Shown in pieces: positions 9,826-20,816 of a DNA stretch of 64,000 nt. Source of the stretch: Deinococcota bacterium (lineage in GTDB: Bacteria; Deinococcota; Deinococci; Deinococcales; Thermaceae); contig JBGFRI010000005.1 in NCBI GenBank assembly GCA_041695225.1, positions 37,272-101,271 of the forward strand, in the 5' to 3' direction. Under the pieces are notes generated by a model, which did no database searches, was not told the origin of the DNA, and saw only the letters and a program-made list of their open reading frames with translations. Positions within the stretch are counted from its first letter, which is position 1; every line of letters starts with the position of its first letter. The position numbers and the translations under genes were made by a program.

Positions 9826-10034
9826 TCAGGCCTTCCTCCAAAACGACGCGAAATCCCACAACCCTAGTGTACTAAAGCCGACGGGGTTCACGGTACGCCA
9901 CTATATCATCTGCTGCTCATGGCACTGTAAAGGGCTCGAGAGTCTTGTTACTAGAACCGACTCCTCGAGTGCTGTGACGTATTTCCAACACTAGCTGTCC
10001 AAAGTGATATATTGAAACGACGGAGGAATTCCAG

Positions 10035-11219
<1,185 letters not shown>

Positions 11220-11361
11220 GAGAAACAACATCCACCCAGCAGCAAAAGCAAAGCTAAAACGGGGTTTTCTACCAGACCGGCTATAATCCTCAGCCACCCT
11301 CTCGCCGGTGGCTTTATAGCCCCTGCTCCCCCAACCCCCTCTGCCCTGCTATCCTTTCTTC

Positions 11362-12426
11362 GTGTACGAGCTAATCAGACCCTGGCTGTTTCGCCAGGAC
11401 CCCGAGTCTATCCACGAGCAGGTTATGCATGGTCTGGCCTGGCTGGGGCAGCGGGGGCCAGGCCTGGAGCTGGTGCGACGTCTCTGCACGGTGGCAGACA
11501 AGCGGCTTGAGGTCAGGGCCTTTGGCCTCGAGTTCCCCAATCCCATCGGGCTGGCGGCTGGCTTCGACAAAAACGCGATAGCGGTGCGGGCCTGGCCTGC
11601 CCTGGGCTTTGGACATGTAGAGATCGGCTCGGTAACGGCGCTGGCCCAGCCGGGAAACGAGCGGCCCCGGTTGTTTCGGCTGCCCAAAGACCAGGCGCTG
11701 ATTAACCGCATGGGCTTCAATAACGACGGGGCCGATGCCGTGGCAGCAAGGCTCGAGCGCTTGCAGCAGACCTTTGGCAGACCCTCGGTTCCGCTGGGCA
11801 TCAACTTGGGAAAGTCGAAGGTAACGCCTTTAGAACAAGCCCCCCAGGACTACCTGCAAAGCCTGTCCAGGCTCTGGCCCTATGGCGACTATTTCGCTAT
11901 CAACGTAAGCTCGCCCAACACGCCGGGGTTGCGAGCCTTGCAGGATAAGGACAGGCTGGAAGAGTTACTCTCGGCCCTGACTAGTTTTGTGCAAAACCGC
12001 AAACCACTGCTGCTCAAAATCGCACCGGATTTGACCTGGGAGCAGATTGACGAGATTCTGGCCCTGGTGGAGCAGTACCGGCTTTCGGGGCTGATCGCTA
12101 CCAACACCAGTATCAGCCGCGCCGGTCTGAAAACCATAATTAGCGAGACCGGCGGACTCTCGGGGAGGCCGCTGCAACAGCGCTCGCTGGAGGTGCTCCG
12201 GTATCTGCATAAACAGCTTAGGGGCCGCCTGCCGATTGTCTCGGTGGGGGGTATCTTCAGCCCAGAGGAGGTGTGGGAGCGGCTGGCCTGCGGGGCCACG
12301 CTGGTGCAGGTGTACACCGGTTTTGTCTACGAAGGGCCGTGCCTGCCAAAAAAGCTGTGCAGGGGACTGCTGAACCGAATGACTAAAGCAGGCATCGGTA
12401 GCCTGGAGCAGCTCAGTCCTGGGTAG
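11362..12426 (+). CDS. pyrD: Quinone-dependent dihydroorotate dehydrogenase (class 2)
   Basis: NPIGLAAGFDKN, INRMGFNN, INVSSPNTPGLR, KIAPDL, GGLSG. Confidence 0.96.
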   Translation: MYELIRPWLFRQDPESIHEQVMHGLAWLGQRGPGLELVRRLCTVADKRLEVRAFGLEFPNPIGLAAGFDKNAIAVRAWPALGFGHVEIGSVTALAQPGNERPRLFRLPKDQALINRMGFNNDGADAVAARLERLQQTFGRPSVPLGINLGKSKVTPLEQAPQDYLQSLSRLWPYGDYFAINVSSPNTPGLRALQDKDRLEELLSALTSFVQNRKPLLLKIAPDLTWEQIDEILALVEQYRLSGLIATNTSISRAGLKTIISETGGLSGRPLQQRSLEVLRYLHKQLRGRLPIVSVGGIFSPEEVWERLACGATLVQVYTGFVYEGPCLPKKLCRGLLNRMTKAGIGSLEQLSPG

Positions 12427-13240
12427 CCAGCAGCTCCCGAATTTCCTGAAGCCTCGCCTCGGCGGCCAGCTCACCGTCGCGGATGGCCTGGCCCTGCTGC
12501 TGAAAACTAAACAACCCGATGCCCTCGAGGCTGGGTCTGAGTATCAGATCGGGCCGAGACACCGCCAGCTTGACTTCGGCCAGCCGGATCTGCATGATCT
12601 CGATGGACCGGTAGACATTCTGGATGGGGTTTACATCGGTTCCCCGCCGAAAAATCTTGTCCCACCAGTTTTTCTGTTGCGGTTTGTCGCGCAACACCTG
12701 CAGGGGGGTAACGTCCACCGCTATTACCCGCTCAGACCCCAAAAAGCGCGCCAGATCCACCGGAATCTGGTTCAGGATGCCCCCATCCGCCAGCAGTTGA
12801 TGGCCTACCCAGATCGGGTTGATGGCCCCCGGATAGGCAATGGAGGCGCGTATAGCCTGAAACACGTCGCCCTGGCGAAAGTAGACCTCGGTTCCGGTGA
12901 TCAGGTCGGTAGCGGTGATGCCGAAGGGAACTGGAAAATCTTCAATCTGTCGTGGAATATGCGGCTCCAAGAGCCGCACTACCTCAGCAAAATTGAGCAC
13001 GCCGCCCAGAGGGTTCAGATCCAGAAACCGCCAGATGGGCGTTTGCGACAAGACTTCCTGCACCTCGTCTGCGTTGTGGCCGGCGGCAAAAACCGCCCCT
13101 ATCATGCTGCCCATGCTGGTTCCGGCAATAGCGCTGGGCCTGAAACCTTCGCGCTCCAGTACCCGCATTACCCCTACGTGGGCGTAGCCCCTGGCGCCTC
13201 CGCCCCCCAGGGCCAGCCCAAAGCGCTTGAACTCAATCAT
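12413..13240 (-). CDS. Patatin-like phospholipase
   Basis: GGGGARG, GTSMG nucleophile elbow, DGG motif. Confidence 0.93.
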   Translation of the reverse strand: MIEFKRFGLALGGGGARGYAHVGVMRVLEREGFRPSAIAGTSMGSMIGAVFAAGHNADEVQEVLSQTPIWRFLDLNPLGGVLNFAEVVRLLEPHIPRQIEDFPVPFGITATDLITGTEVYFRQGDVFQAIRASIAYPGAINPIWVGHQLLADGGILNQIPVDLARFLGSERVIAVDVTPLQVLRDKPQQKNWWDKIFRRGTDVNPIQNVYRSIEIMQIRLAEVKLAVSRPDLILRPSLEGIGLFSFQQQGQAIRDGELAAEARLQEIRELLATQD

Positions 13241-13319
13241 ACCCTAGACTAAAGCAAAACCGCCGCGGCTGCCTTAATCCTTGGAAAAACTGGCATCCGG
13301 ACAGCCCCCAGGTACTGCC

Positions 13320-13727
13320 TCATGCGGCGTCAAGGAAACGCTTTTTGAGCTCCGGGGTAGGAACCATGCAGCGCTCGAGCCGACCAAAAATGCGGTAGCG
13401 GTTTTTGGCAATTAGCCGGTAGGCCCAGTCCCGCAAAGGCTTGGGAAAAAACCGCAGCGCTGCCGGAATACTCCAGACGCCGCCCAGCCGATACAGGATG
13501 CGAAAAATAGCATCCGAATCGAGCCAGACCCGCTCCCCCTCGATCACCACCACACCACCAGCAAGTCCCGCACTGGTGGGGATGCCATGCTGACGCAAAA
13601 GCCTGCGCCCGGCAGCAGACTGCTGCGAGGCAAACTGAAACCTGGCCCGGGAGTCGTGGCGGATGATGAATCGCACGGTCCGGTTACAGAGGTTACAGAC
13701 CCCATCAAACAGCACGATCATCCTCAT
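13320..13727 (-). CDS. DCC1-like thiol-disulfide oxidoreductase family protein
   Basis: FDGVCNLC N-terminal motif; LRDWAYRLIAKNRYRIFG...C. Confidence 0.9.
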   Translation of the reverse strand: MRMIVLFDGVCNLCNRTVRFIIRHDSRARFQFASQQSAAGRRLLRQHGIPTSAGLAGGVVVIEGERVWLDSDAIFRILYRLGGVWSIPAALRFFPKPLRDWAYRLIAKNRYRIFGRLERCMVPTPELKKRFLDAA

Positions 13728-13940
13728 GGCTTTAGCTTAGTACAAACCCGGGCTCGCTTTTGTAGGTTCGATTGCCAGGCAGGATGGGTTGGGTGGCGGC
13801 TAATCGGACGTAGGGCCTACGGATTTGTCCTCTGCTTTGCCTGTCCTGCCCTGCAATACTTGGCCAACCGGGATATTTGTAACCTGCTTGGCATCTTAGG
13901 CTGGTCGTATTGCTAGAATGTGCAACACGGGGTCGTCATA

Positions 13941-14915
13941 GTGAAACTCTTAGATAAATACGGGCGAATCATCAAAGACTTGCGGCTTTCGGTCACGCCG
14001 CGCTGCAACCTGCACTGCCTCTACTGTCATCCCCAGGGCTTTGAACAGCCCGAACCCCCTGGCGTCATATCGGTCGAAGAGACCCGCCAGTTTATAAGCG
14101 CCATGCAACTCTTGGGCCTGGAATCGGTGCGTTTTACTGGGGGCGAGCCGTTAATTCGTAAAGAACTACCCGAGATGATTGCTGTGGCACAGGAGCTGGG
14201 TATTCCCGATATCGCCATCACCACCAACGGCCTGCTGTTCAAGCGCAAGGCCAGGGAGCTGCTAGCCGCCGGTCTCAAGCGCATCAATCTCTCCATGGAC
14301 TCCGTTACCCCTGAGGTGTTCAGGACCATGACCCGTGGCGGCGAGGTAAAAAGAGTCTGGGAGGCTATCGAAACCGCCTGGGAACTGGGTCTGGTGCCAG
14401 TAAAAATCAACGCGGTGATGATTCGTGGCATGAACGATAAAGAGGTTATTCCGTTGGCCTCGCTCTCGCTAGACAGGCCTTTAGAGGTGCGCTTTCTGGA
14501 GTACATGCACCTTGATAACTCTAACCCCCAGCTCTACCAGCAACGCTTCATTGCCGGGGCCGAGACCAAAGCCAAAATAGAGGCCCACTTTGGCCCGCTG
14601 GACAAGGTCGAAAACGATCCCACCGCCCCTGCACGGCTCTATAAGATTCCTGGCGCAGTAGGCAGCATTGGCTTTATCAACCCTGTCGCCGAACCATTCT
14701 GTTCTAAGTGCTCCCGCCTGCGCCTGACCTCCGACAAAAAGATCCGCCCTTGTCTCTTAACCGACCTCGAGCTGGATATCGCCTGGGCCTTCAAAGCCCC
14801 TAACCCAGTTGAGGCTCTGGTAGACGCTATTCTGCTGGCCACCGACCGGAAGCCCGCCTTCGGCAACACCCTCCCCACCCTGCGCGAGCGGGTGATGGTC
14901 GGAATCGGAGGGTAG
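13941..14915 (+). CDS. moaA: GTP 3',8-cyclase MoaA
   Basis: LDKYGRIIKDLRLSVTPRCNLHCLYC, FTGGEPL, CSKCSRLRLT...PC, terminal GG. Confidence 0.93.
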   Translation: MKLLDKYGRIIKDLRLSVTPRCNLHCLYCHPQGFEQPEPPGVISVEETRQFISAMQLLGLESVRFTGGEPLIRKELPEMIAVAQELGIPDIAITTNGLLFKRKARELLAAGLKRINLSMDSVTPEVFRTMTRGGEVKRVWEAIETAWELGLVPVKINAVMIRGMNDKEVIPLASLSLDRPLEVRFLEYMHLDNSNPQLYQQRFIAGAETKAKIEAHFGPLDKVENDPTAPARLYKIPGAVGSIGFINPVAEPFCSKCSRLRLTSDKKIRPCLLTDLELDIAWAFKAPNPVEALVDAILLATDRKPAFGNTLPTLRERVMVGIGG

Positions 14916-15067
14916 CCTCGCATAATCTTTCGGCACAGTGGCGGTCGGAAGCTTTGCCGCTTTTTACATGAGTCACACAACCTGGTCAGGTAAAGCATCC
15001 GGGTGGTTCCCTGCCCATGCAGAGAAGGTCAGGTTGCTTTAGCAGGTAGAACGTAACTCTAGATCAC

Positions 15068-15190
15068 CTCCCCCCATTGCGGGGGAGGGCAGGGAGTGGG
15101 GTCTCGGCGCCAGCCGGGGTTTTCTCTTCGTGTCTTAACGTTTCGCCTTCGGCTCACACCCCCACCTAGCCTCCCCCCGTCGAGGGGGAG
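15068..15190. repeat. REP-like inverted dyad
   Basis: CTCCCCCCATTGCGGGGGAGGGCAGGGAGTGGGGT and inverted partner ACCCCCACCTAGCCTCCCCCCGTCGAGGGGGAG. Confidence 0.7.
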
Positions 15191-15350
15191 GAGCTACGGA
15201 GGAGTAGTAGCTCGCATCTTTCAGTAGAGAGTTTGTCTGAATCGCAGGTCATGATGACCACTTCTACCAGCACTGAGGGCAAGGGCCGGACGGATAGCAC
15301 CCCATATCCCGGTCGCGTAGCAGCAGTGCGGGATTGCTTATGATTTATTT

Positions 15351-16055
15351 ATGGACTACGACATAATTGTGGTGGGTGCGGGGTTTGCTGGCTCCGAGGG
15401 GGCCTACGCGCTGGCCAATAGGGGGCTGCGGGTGGGGCTGGTCACCACCAGTCTGGACTCGGTCTTCCTCCCTTTCACACCCATTCGTGCCCCCTTTCCT
15501 GCGGGCTCTTTGCTGGCCGAGGTGGGGGAAGACAACCTCGGCGGCTGGGAACTGCACTGTCGAGCCAAGTATAAGCTGGAAAACCACCCTCGGATTCACC
15601 TCTTACAGCTCTCGGTTACCCAGTTGTTGCTGAAAGGGCCGGCGGTGGTGGGCATCAAGAGTTGGGAAGGGCCACAAAAGACTGCCCCTAAGGTGGTACT
15701 GGCGCTGGGTAGTTTCATGGGGCCCAGGCTTTATATCGGCAGCATGACCGAGCAGGCCGGGCGGCTTTCGGAGGTAGCCTATCCCGACCTGTACCAGCAT
15801 CTAGAGCAGCTCGGCTTTGCCTTCAATGTAGCCCAGGCCGAGGTTACTGAGCAGGGTGGAACCCCTGGTTATCGTGTGGAGTACAAGGTTTTTGCTAAGA
15901 GTGAGTGGGATCAGCCTTCCTTCCGGCTGCACCGCTTGGCCGGTCTGTACGGACTGGGCCTGTGTGTACTGGGCCAGGGAACCTATTCTGGCATGGCCGA
16001 AGAAGGGTTGCGCCTGGCAGTAGCCCTGAGCCAACCACCGCATTCCCGTGGCTAG
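15351..16055 (+). CDS. Short GidA/MnmG-related FAD-binding protein
   Basis: VVGAGFAGSEGA dinucleotide-binding motif; 234 aa; GRLSE and GLYGLGLCV segments of GidA-like proteins. Confidence 0.8.
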   Translation: MDYDIIVVGAGFAGSEGAYALANRGLRVGLVTTSLDSVFLPFTPIRAPFPAGSLLAEVGEDNLGGWELHCRAKYKLENHPRIHLLQLSVTQLLLKGPAVVGIKSWEGPQKTAPKVVLALGSFMGPRLYIGSMTEQAGRLSEVAYPDLYQHLEQLGFAFNVAQAEVTEQGGTPGYRVEYKVFAKSEWDQPSFRLHRLAGLYGLGLCVLGQGTYSGMAEEGLRLAVALSQPPHSRG

Positions 16056-16235
16056 CCAACCCTATTTCAATGGGAACTGGCGCTGTTCGAGCAGTTTGTG
16101 CGACTTGCCATCCAGCCGCAGTAACGGACAGTCCTCGTAGTTTTCGCCGGCCAAAAGCCCCTTGGTAGATCAGATTGTCGGTTTGTGGTGGGTAAAGTCG
16201 CGACTCAGCGCCCAGACGGGCTCGGCGGGATTCAG

Positions 16236-16321
16236 TCCAAACCAGGCCACCAGCCGCTATAGCCCACCCTCGTGCGCCAGAGCACCAGCAAAGGCAAGTC
16301 GGCTGTATTTGGTTGTTATGT
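16236..16321 (-). mobile_element. Degenerate attC site after hicA
   Basis: ACATAAC-aacca-AATACAGC-CGAC...GCG-GCTG...GTTTGGA just downstream of the hicA stop; right arm imperfect. Confidence 0.5.
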
Positions 16322-16331
16322 GACGGGTGTT

Positions 16332-16553
16332 CTAGATGGCAGCGACGAATTCATTGACCGTGAGATTAGCCGAGCGGATCAGGCTACGGAGTGTGCCCTT
16401 GGCAACCTCTTTGTCGTCGGGGACACAGAGCGTCACTAGCTCGCCCTCTTTAGTCATGATAATGTGGCTGCCGCGTTGGCGGGCGACCGCCCATCCGAAG
16501 GACTCGAAGACCCGGACCACCTCGCGCCCGCTTAAGGCTGGCAGCGAGGCCAT
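16332..16553 (-). CDS. hicA: HicA-family toxin
   Basis: LSGREVVRVFESFGW...RQRGSHIIM...VPDDKEVAKGTLRSLIR; TAATG overlap with hicB. Confidence 0.9.
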   Translation of the reverse strand: MASLPALSGREVVRVFESFGWAVARQRGSHIIMTKEGELVTLCVPDDKEVAKGTLRSLIRSANLTVNEFVAAI

Positions 16554-16759
16554 TACGCTGCAACCTCTACCTGGCGTGTCTCGATAGTCAGTGGCATCCC
16601 TTTCTCGGCACGCACTTCTAGACATAGCGCAATGGCTTCTTTAATGTTTTCCAGCGCTTCGTCCTTCGTCGCCCCTTGGCTTACGCAGCCGGGGATCGCC
16701 GGGCACTCGACTACCCAGACCCCATCTTCGTCCCGATCAAGCGTTACGCTGAATTTCAT
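16553..16759 (-). CDS. hicB: HicB-family antitoxin (short form)
   Basis: DEDGVWVVECPAIPGCVSQGATKDEALENIKEAI; GGAGG RBS. Confidence 0.9.
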   Translation of the reverse strand: MKFSVTLDRDEDGVWVVECPAIPGCVSQGATKDEALENIKEAIALCLEVRAEKGMPLTIETRQVEVAA

Positions 16760-16809
16760 ATCCACCTCCGTCACATAATCATGTCAAAACACCATAAATG
16801 CAGCAAGAC

Positions 16810-16871
16810 TTCTAACGGCACGCGCTTCAGCCGCCGGGCGAAGCGAGGTCGGCTGCAAGCACATGTTAGCC
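16810..16871 (-). mobile_element. attC site of the nitrilase-family cassette
   Basis: R'' GGCTAAC (contains the stop codon), 5-nt spacer, L'' CTT(G)CAGC / L' GCTGAAG with one extra base, R' GTTAGAA. Confidence 0.88.
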
Positions 16872-17597
16872 GCCGTTTCCATCAAACTTCCACATCAGAA
16901 CGTTATCTGTGCCGTGCGGTGACTCCGCCAACAGTTCGCCGTCGGCATTGACAACCATTGCGCCACCAAAAGATGGGGCGTCGGTGTTTATCTCAAGCGC
17001 ATTTACAATCAGCGTGGTTACACTTACTGCTTTGACGGCTTCAATGTACAGTTGTCGCTCTTCGGAAGTCCATCGGTCAATATCGGGCGAGCATTTATCG
17101 AAACTGCGCGCCATCGGCACAACTAGCATGTTCAACGAAGGATCCAATCTTTGTACTATCTCTTTGTTGAACAAGTCGCCGCAAATTAGTAGCCCCAGCC
17201 GCCCCAAGTCGGTATCAACGCTGTCTACAGTATCGCCATTTACAAAGGGCGGTTTTTCTTCAACCTTCCGATGTCTGAGGATGACCTTGCCTGTTCTATC
17301 CAGTAATACCGCCGTATTGTACACGCCCGACTCTGCACGTTCTAACACTCCGAAGCAAAAGTATGTTGCATACGTTCTCGCAAATTGCTCGATTTGTTCG
17401 GTGCTAGGCCCAGGTATGGACTCCGCAAACTGCCTAAAATCATTTTCGTCGTATAAGTAGCCCGTCAAAGTACATTCGGGCAAGCAAACCAGATCGGGCT
17501 GATGGTGTGCTATCTCTGCAAGACGCTGCGCTAGGCGGTCCAAGTTTGCAGACGGGTTACGGGGTTCGGTTTTGAGCGGAATAAGGCAAACAAGCAT
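16866..17597 (-). CDS. Carbon-nitrogen hydrolase (nitrilase superfamily), gene cassette
   Basis: Triad motifs LPEC, HRK, LICGD; visibly lower GC than flanks; bounded by GTTAGCC and its complement GGCTAAC. Confidence 0.9.
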   Translation of the reverse strand: MLVCLIPLKTEPRNPSANLDRLAQRLAEIAHHQPDLVCLPECTLTGYLYDENDFRQFAESIPGPSTEQIEQFARTYATYFCFGVLERAESGVYNTAVLLDRTGKVILRHRKVEEKPPFVNGDTVDSVDTDLGRLGLLICGDLFNKEIVQRLDPSLNMLVVPMARSFDKCSPDIDRWTSEERQLYIEAVKAVSVTTLIVNALEINTDAPSFGGAMVVNADGELLAESPHGTDNVLMWKFDGNGG

Positions 17598-17631
17598 ACT
17601 TGCAGACCCTTGATTACGTATGAACGTAGGC

Positions 17632-17762
17632 GGCTAACTAGCAGTTATACCGCACCTGCGGCATAACACACCAGAAATGTTATCAGTTTCCATCGGAAAA
17701 AGCACCCACACCGCTTTTCCCTGTAATCCATAGCGATTGGTAATACCTGGGGCGAACACCGC
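17632..17762 (-). repeat. ~128-bp direct repeat, copy 1; long attC-like unit ending in GTTAGCC
   Basis: About 10 differences from 18412-18540; ends GGTATAA-CTGCTA-GTT. Confidence 0.85.
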
Positions 17763-17842
17763 CTAAGTTAAGCCGCGCCCGGCCACAGATGCACGGAAGA
17801 ACACCCCCGATCCCGGGCGTCGGCTTGAGCGCAATGTTATGC
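17751..17842 (-). mobile_element. attC site of the RelE/ParE TA cassette
   Basis: GCATAAC-attgc-GCT(C)AAGC-CG(A)CGCCCGG...CCGGGCGCG-GCTTAAC-TTAGGC-GGTGTTCGCC; both canonical extra bases present. Confidence 0.85.
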
Positions 17843-17847
17843 CACAC

Positions 17848-18141
17848 CTATCGGCGATCAAGGCCAAACCTTGGATGACGACGGTGATGGCGGATGACCA
17901 ATATGCGGATCGCTTCTTCGCTAATGAGGCGAAATAAGACAGAGTATGGGAAACGGTGCACGAAACAGCGGCGAATACCATGCTCGACCATGGCGTACTG
18001 GGAGGGATTTGCGCGAATGCGCGCAATGGCGGCATAGACCTCGGAGCGAAACTCGTCACCGAGGCCAGCGCGCTGTTGGTTGTAGTACACGACGGCATTA
18101 TTGAGATCGGATACGGTGAGAGGGTGATACTCAACCTTCAT
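17848..18141 (-). CDS. RelE/ParE-family toxin
   Basis: YYNQQRAGLGDEF...IRRCFVHRFPYSVLF...ILVIRHHRRHP. Confidence 0.9.
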   Translation of the reverse strand: MKVEYHPLTVSDLNNAVVYYNQQRAGLGDEFRSEVYAAIARIRANPSQYAMVEHGIRRCFVHRFPYSVLFRLISEEAIRILVIRHHRRHPRFGLDRR

Positions 18142-18377
18142 TCCGAGACGCCACCGGTGCGCCGTAAGAACTCGGCGTGACCAATGGGTTGGACTGCGCC
18201 AGACTCAATCTCGGCATCTCGTTGCGCCGCAACCTCGATGCCCTCTAGGTCGATGTTACGATTACCAGCCACACTGGGATCATCAACTAAACTCTCCCAT
18301 GCCACCATCGCGAGCTGCTCCCGCTCAGCAGCGGGGAGGGCCAATATCTGTTTCTCAAGTTCAATAATCGTGCTCAT
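18138..18377 (-). CDS. Addiction-module antitoxin
   Basis: ILALPAAEREQLAMVAWESL...RDAEIESG; ATGA overlap with the toxin. Confidence 0.88.
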   Translation of the reverse strand: MSTIIELEKQILALPAAEREQLAMVAWESLVDDPSVAGNRNIDLEGIEVAAQRDAEIESGAVQPIGHAEFLRRTGGVSE

Positions 18378-18408
18378 AATATCAAGTATAACGCGTCAGG
18401 GCGGCGGG

Positions 18409-18540
18409 GCATAACTAGCAGTTATACTGCACCTGCGGGATAAGACACCAGAAATGTTATCAGTTTCCATCGGAAAAGGAACCCACACCGCTTTTCCCTG
18501 TAATCAATAGCAATTTGGAAATACCTGGGGCCAACACCGC
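18409..18540 (-). repeat. ~128-bp direct repeat, copy 2; long attC-like unit ending in GTTATGC
   Basis: Homologous to 17635-17762; precedes the TA cassette. Confidence 0.85.
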
Positions 18541-18663
18541 TTGAGGCAAGTAGCAACCCTCACGCCTGGGATAGTAGGCTGTACAAAAGCTTCCTTGTAG
18601 GAGCAAAACTTTACCCCCGGCGCCGCTACCGTGCGGGCCGCGACCAGGAAATCGTACGGCCAC

Positions 18664-19233
18664 TCAGGGCCCGGCCCTTTGTCGCAGTAGATCGGCAATA
18701 GCGGCATGTCCGGCCTCGAGCGCCACCTGCAAGGGCGTCTTACCCTGAAAGTTCTGCCAGTTCACGTCGGGGCCGGCTACTTCCAGCAGCCAGCGCACTA
18801 CCTCGGTATGGCCGCGCCCGGCGGCCAGGCTAAGGGCCATGCTGCTGCCTTCCGTGGCCCCATACTCCCACACCAGTTCCACCATCTCCACCTGACCAGA
18901 CAGGGCTGCATGGGGCAGCAGGGGAATGCCATGAGCACTCTTGTGTCCTGCCAGTGCGGGGTTTTCCCCAAGCATCCGGCGCACAATGGCGATCTCCCCC
19001 AGCATGGCAGCCGTGGGAATTTCCAGGGGTGCGCCCTGGGTCAACAGGTACTCAGCGATGGCCCGGCTGCCCACATGGGCCGCACCCTGAATGGCGGTTT
19101 CGGTGTCGCCAGGGCGCCACTCATGCGCCAGGTTCAGCAGCCCGGGTGTTTCGGCCAGCATAGTCCGTACTTTTTCCAGGTCACCATGCCCAGCAATCAC
19201 AAACTCACGGATGCGCTCAGAGGAGAGGCTCAT
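18664..19233 (-). CDS. Ankyrin repeat protein
   Basis: GDTETAIQGAAHVG, LAAGRGHTEVVRWLL, GKTPLQVALEAGH. Confidence 0.88.
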   Translation of the reverse strand: MSLSSERIREFVIAGHGDLEKVRTMLAETPGLLNLAHEWRPGDTETAIQGAAHVGSRAIAEYLLTQGAPLEIPTAAMLGEIAIVRRMLGENPALAGHKSAHGIPLLPHAALSGQVEMVELVWEYGATEGSSMALSLAAGRGHTEVVRWLLEVAGPDVNWQNFQGKTPLQVALEAGHAAIADLLRQRAGP

Positions 19234-19401
19234 GTAAACAGCTTACGCCAGGTTTGACAGGAAAAGCCGGGAAATGGCGACAATGTAAGGCAAAAGAAAT
19301 TGCTATCACCCTGATCGGTGGAATTAGGACAACTGGGCAAGCAAGTTCTGTGCAGATCAGACCGAGGGCGTATCTTCCGCGGTGGTCGGTAGAATGGACG
19401 C

Positions 19402-20640
19402 ATGGATATACTCCCAGTCCTTGAAGAATTGTCGCAAAAAACCCCTTCTAAAATTCTTCTAGTCGTGCTGGACGGCGTGGGAGGGCTACCCCAGGAGTAT
19501 GGCGGCCAGACCGAGCTGGCTACCGCCCGTACCCCCAACCTAGACGCGCTGGCCCAAAAGAGTGCTCTGGGGCTGCTGACACTGGTCTACCCGGGCCTCG
19601 CCCCGGGCTCGGGCCCAGGTCACCTTTCACTATTTGGCTACGACCCTTTCAAATACCTGGTGGGGCGTGGGGCCCTCTCGGCCATCGGCATCGGGGCCGA
19701 TTTCTACGATGACGACGTGGGGGTTCGGGGCAATTTTGCTACTTTAGACGCCTCTGGACTGGTCCAGGACCGCCGCGCAGGCCGGCCCAGCGATGCGGAA
19801 AACATTCGCATAGTCAGCAAGCTCAAAAAAGCCATCGGCGAGATTGAAGGTGTGAGGGTAAGCTTCTATACCGAGTCGGAGCACCGCTTTGTGGTAATTC
19901 TGCGCGGGCCTGGTCTGGGCGACAAAGTTAGCGATACCGACCCCCAGAAGACCGGGGTCGCCCCGCTCAGATCGCATCCCTACGAGGCTGGTGACGCTGC
20001 TAGCGCCAAGACTGCCCGGGTGCTCAATGCCCTTACGGCCCGTATTCAAGAAGTGTTGAGGGATGAGCCCCAGATCAATGGAGTCAATGGAGCGCTGTTC
20101 CGGGGAACTTCGCAGAAGCCAAAATTTCCCAGCATGTCCCAGGTCTACAAGCTGAGCGCTGCTTGCGCAGCCAGCTACCCCATGTACAAGGGGATAGCAA
20201 GCCTGCTGGGTATGGATGTGCTGCCGGTGGAGGGTGCGGAGGACGCCCCCGCGGGCAAGGTGAGGGCACTGCAACAGAACTGGGATAAGTACGACTTCTT
20301 CTATCTCCACTTCAAGAAAACCGACTCCTCCGCCGAGGATGGCAATTTCGCCGAGAAGGCACGCCAGGTCGACATTTTCGACCAGCTATTGCCCGAGCTG
20401 CTGGCCCTAAAGCCCGAGGTGCTGGCCATTACCAGCGATCACTCCACCCCCAGCATCATGAGAGCCCACTCCTGGCACCCAGTACCGCTGCTGCTGCACG
20501 CGCCTTTTCTACGCAATGACCCTGCCCAGCGCTTTACCGAGGACGAAGCCGCTTTAGGTATTCTGGGCCACCTGCGCGGAGTGGAACTAATGCCACTGCT
20601 GCTGGCCCACGCGGGCAAGCTGCAGAAGTATGGGGCCTAG
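19402..20640 (+). CDS. apgM: 2,3-bisphosphoglycerate-independent phosphoglycerate mutase (ApgM type)
   Basis: [41 protein letters not shown]. Confidence 0.93.
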   Translation: MDILPVLEELSQKTPSKILLVVLDGVGGLPQEYGGQTELATARTPNLDALAQKSALGLLTLVYPGLAPGSGPGHLSLFGYDPFKYLVGRGALSAIGIGADFYDDDVGVRGNFATLDASGLVQDRRAGRPSDAENIRIVSKLKKAIGEIEGVRVSFYTESEHRFVVILRGPGLGDKVSDTDPQKTGVAPLRSHPYEAGDAASAKTARVLNALTARIQEVLRDEPQINGVNGALFRGTSQKPKFPSMSQVYKLSAACAASYPMYKGIASLLGMDVLPVEGAEDAPAGKVRALQQNWDKYDFFYLHFKKTDSSAEDGNFAEKARQVDIFDQLLPELLALKPEVLAITSDHSTPSIMRAHSWHPVPLLLHAPFLRNDPAQRFTEDEAALGILGHLRGVELMPLLLAHAGKLQKYGA

Positions 20641-20816
20641 CCGTACCAAGTAGAAAAGGAGCCTCTTTGATTTTCTCCCCCATCGACAGGCCTTGGGAGT
20701 CTTCAATGGGCGTTTATAACTCCTGGGGTGTGACCAGAGGAAGCCATAGTAGAGGTGGCAAAGGCTGGCATCACAATTCCTCTACAAGGCCCAATAGCCT
20801 GCATATCGGAACAATT

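Noticed and set aside
13730-13940. Moco riboswitch upstream of moaA
   Set aside because: No consensus elements seen.
13941-14915. MoaA as an in-trans radical activator for the Cys-less PhnJ
   Set aside because: It has both MoaA-specific clusters and the terminal GG, lies 25 kb away, and nothing links it to phn.
17632-18540. CRISPR array or IS terminal repeats
   Set aside because: Only two ~128-bp direct copies separated by genes; no spacer periodicity, cas gene or transposase.
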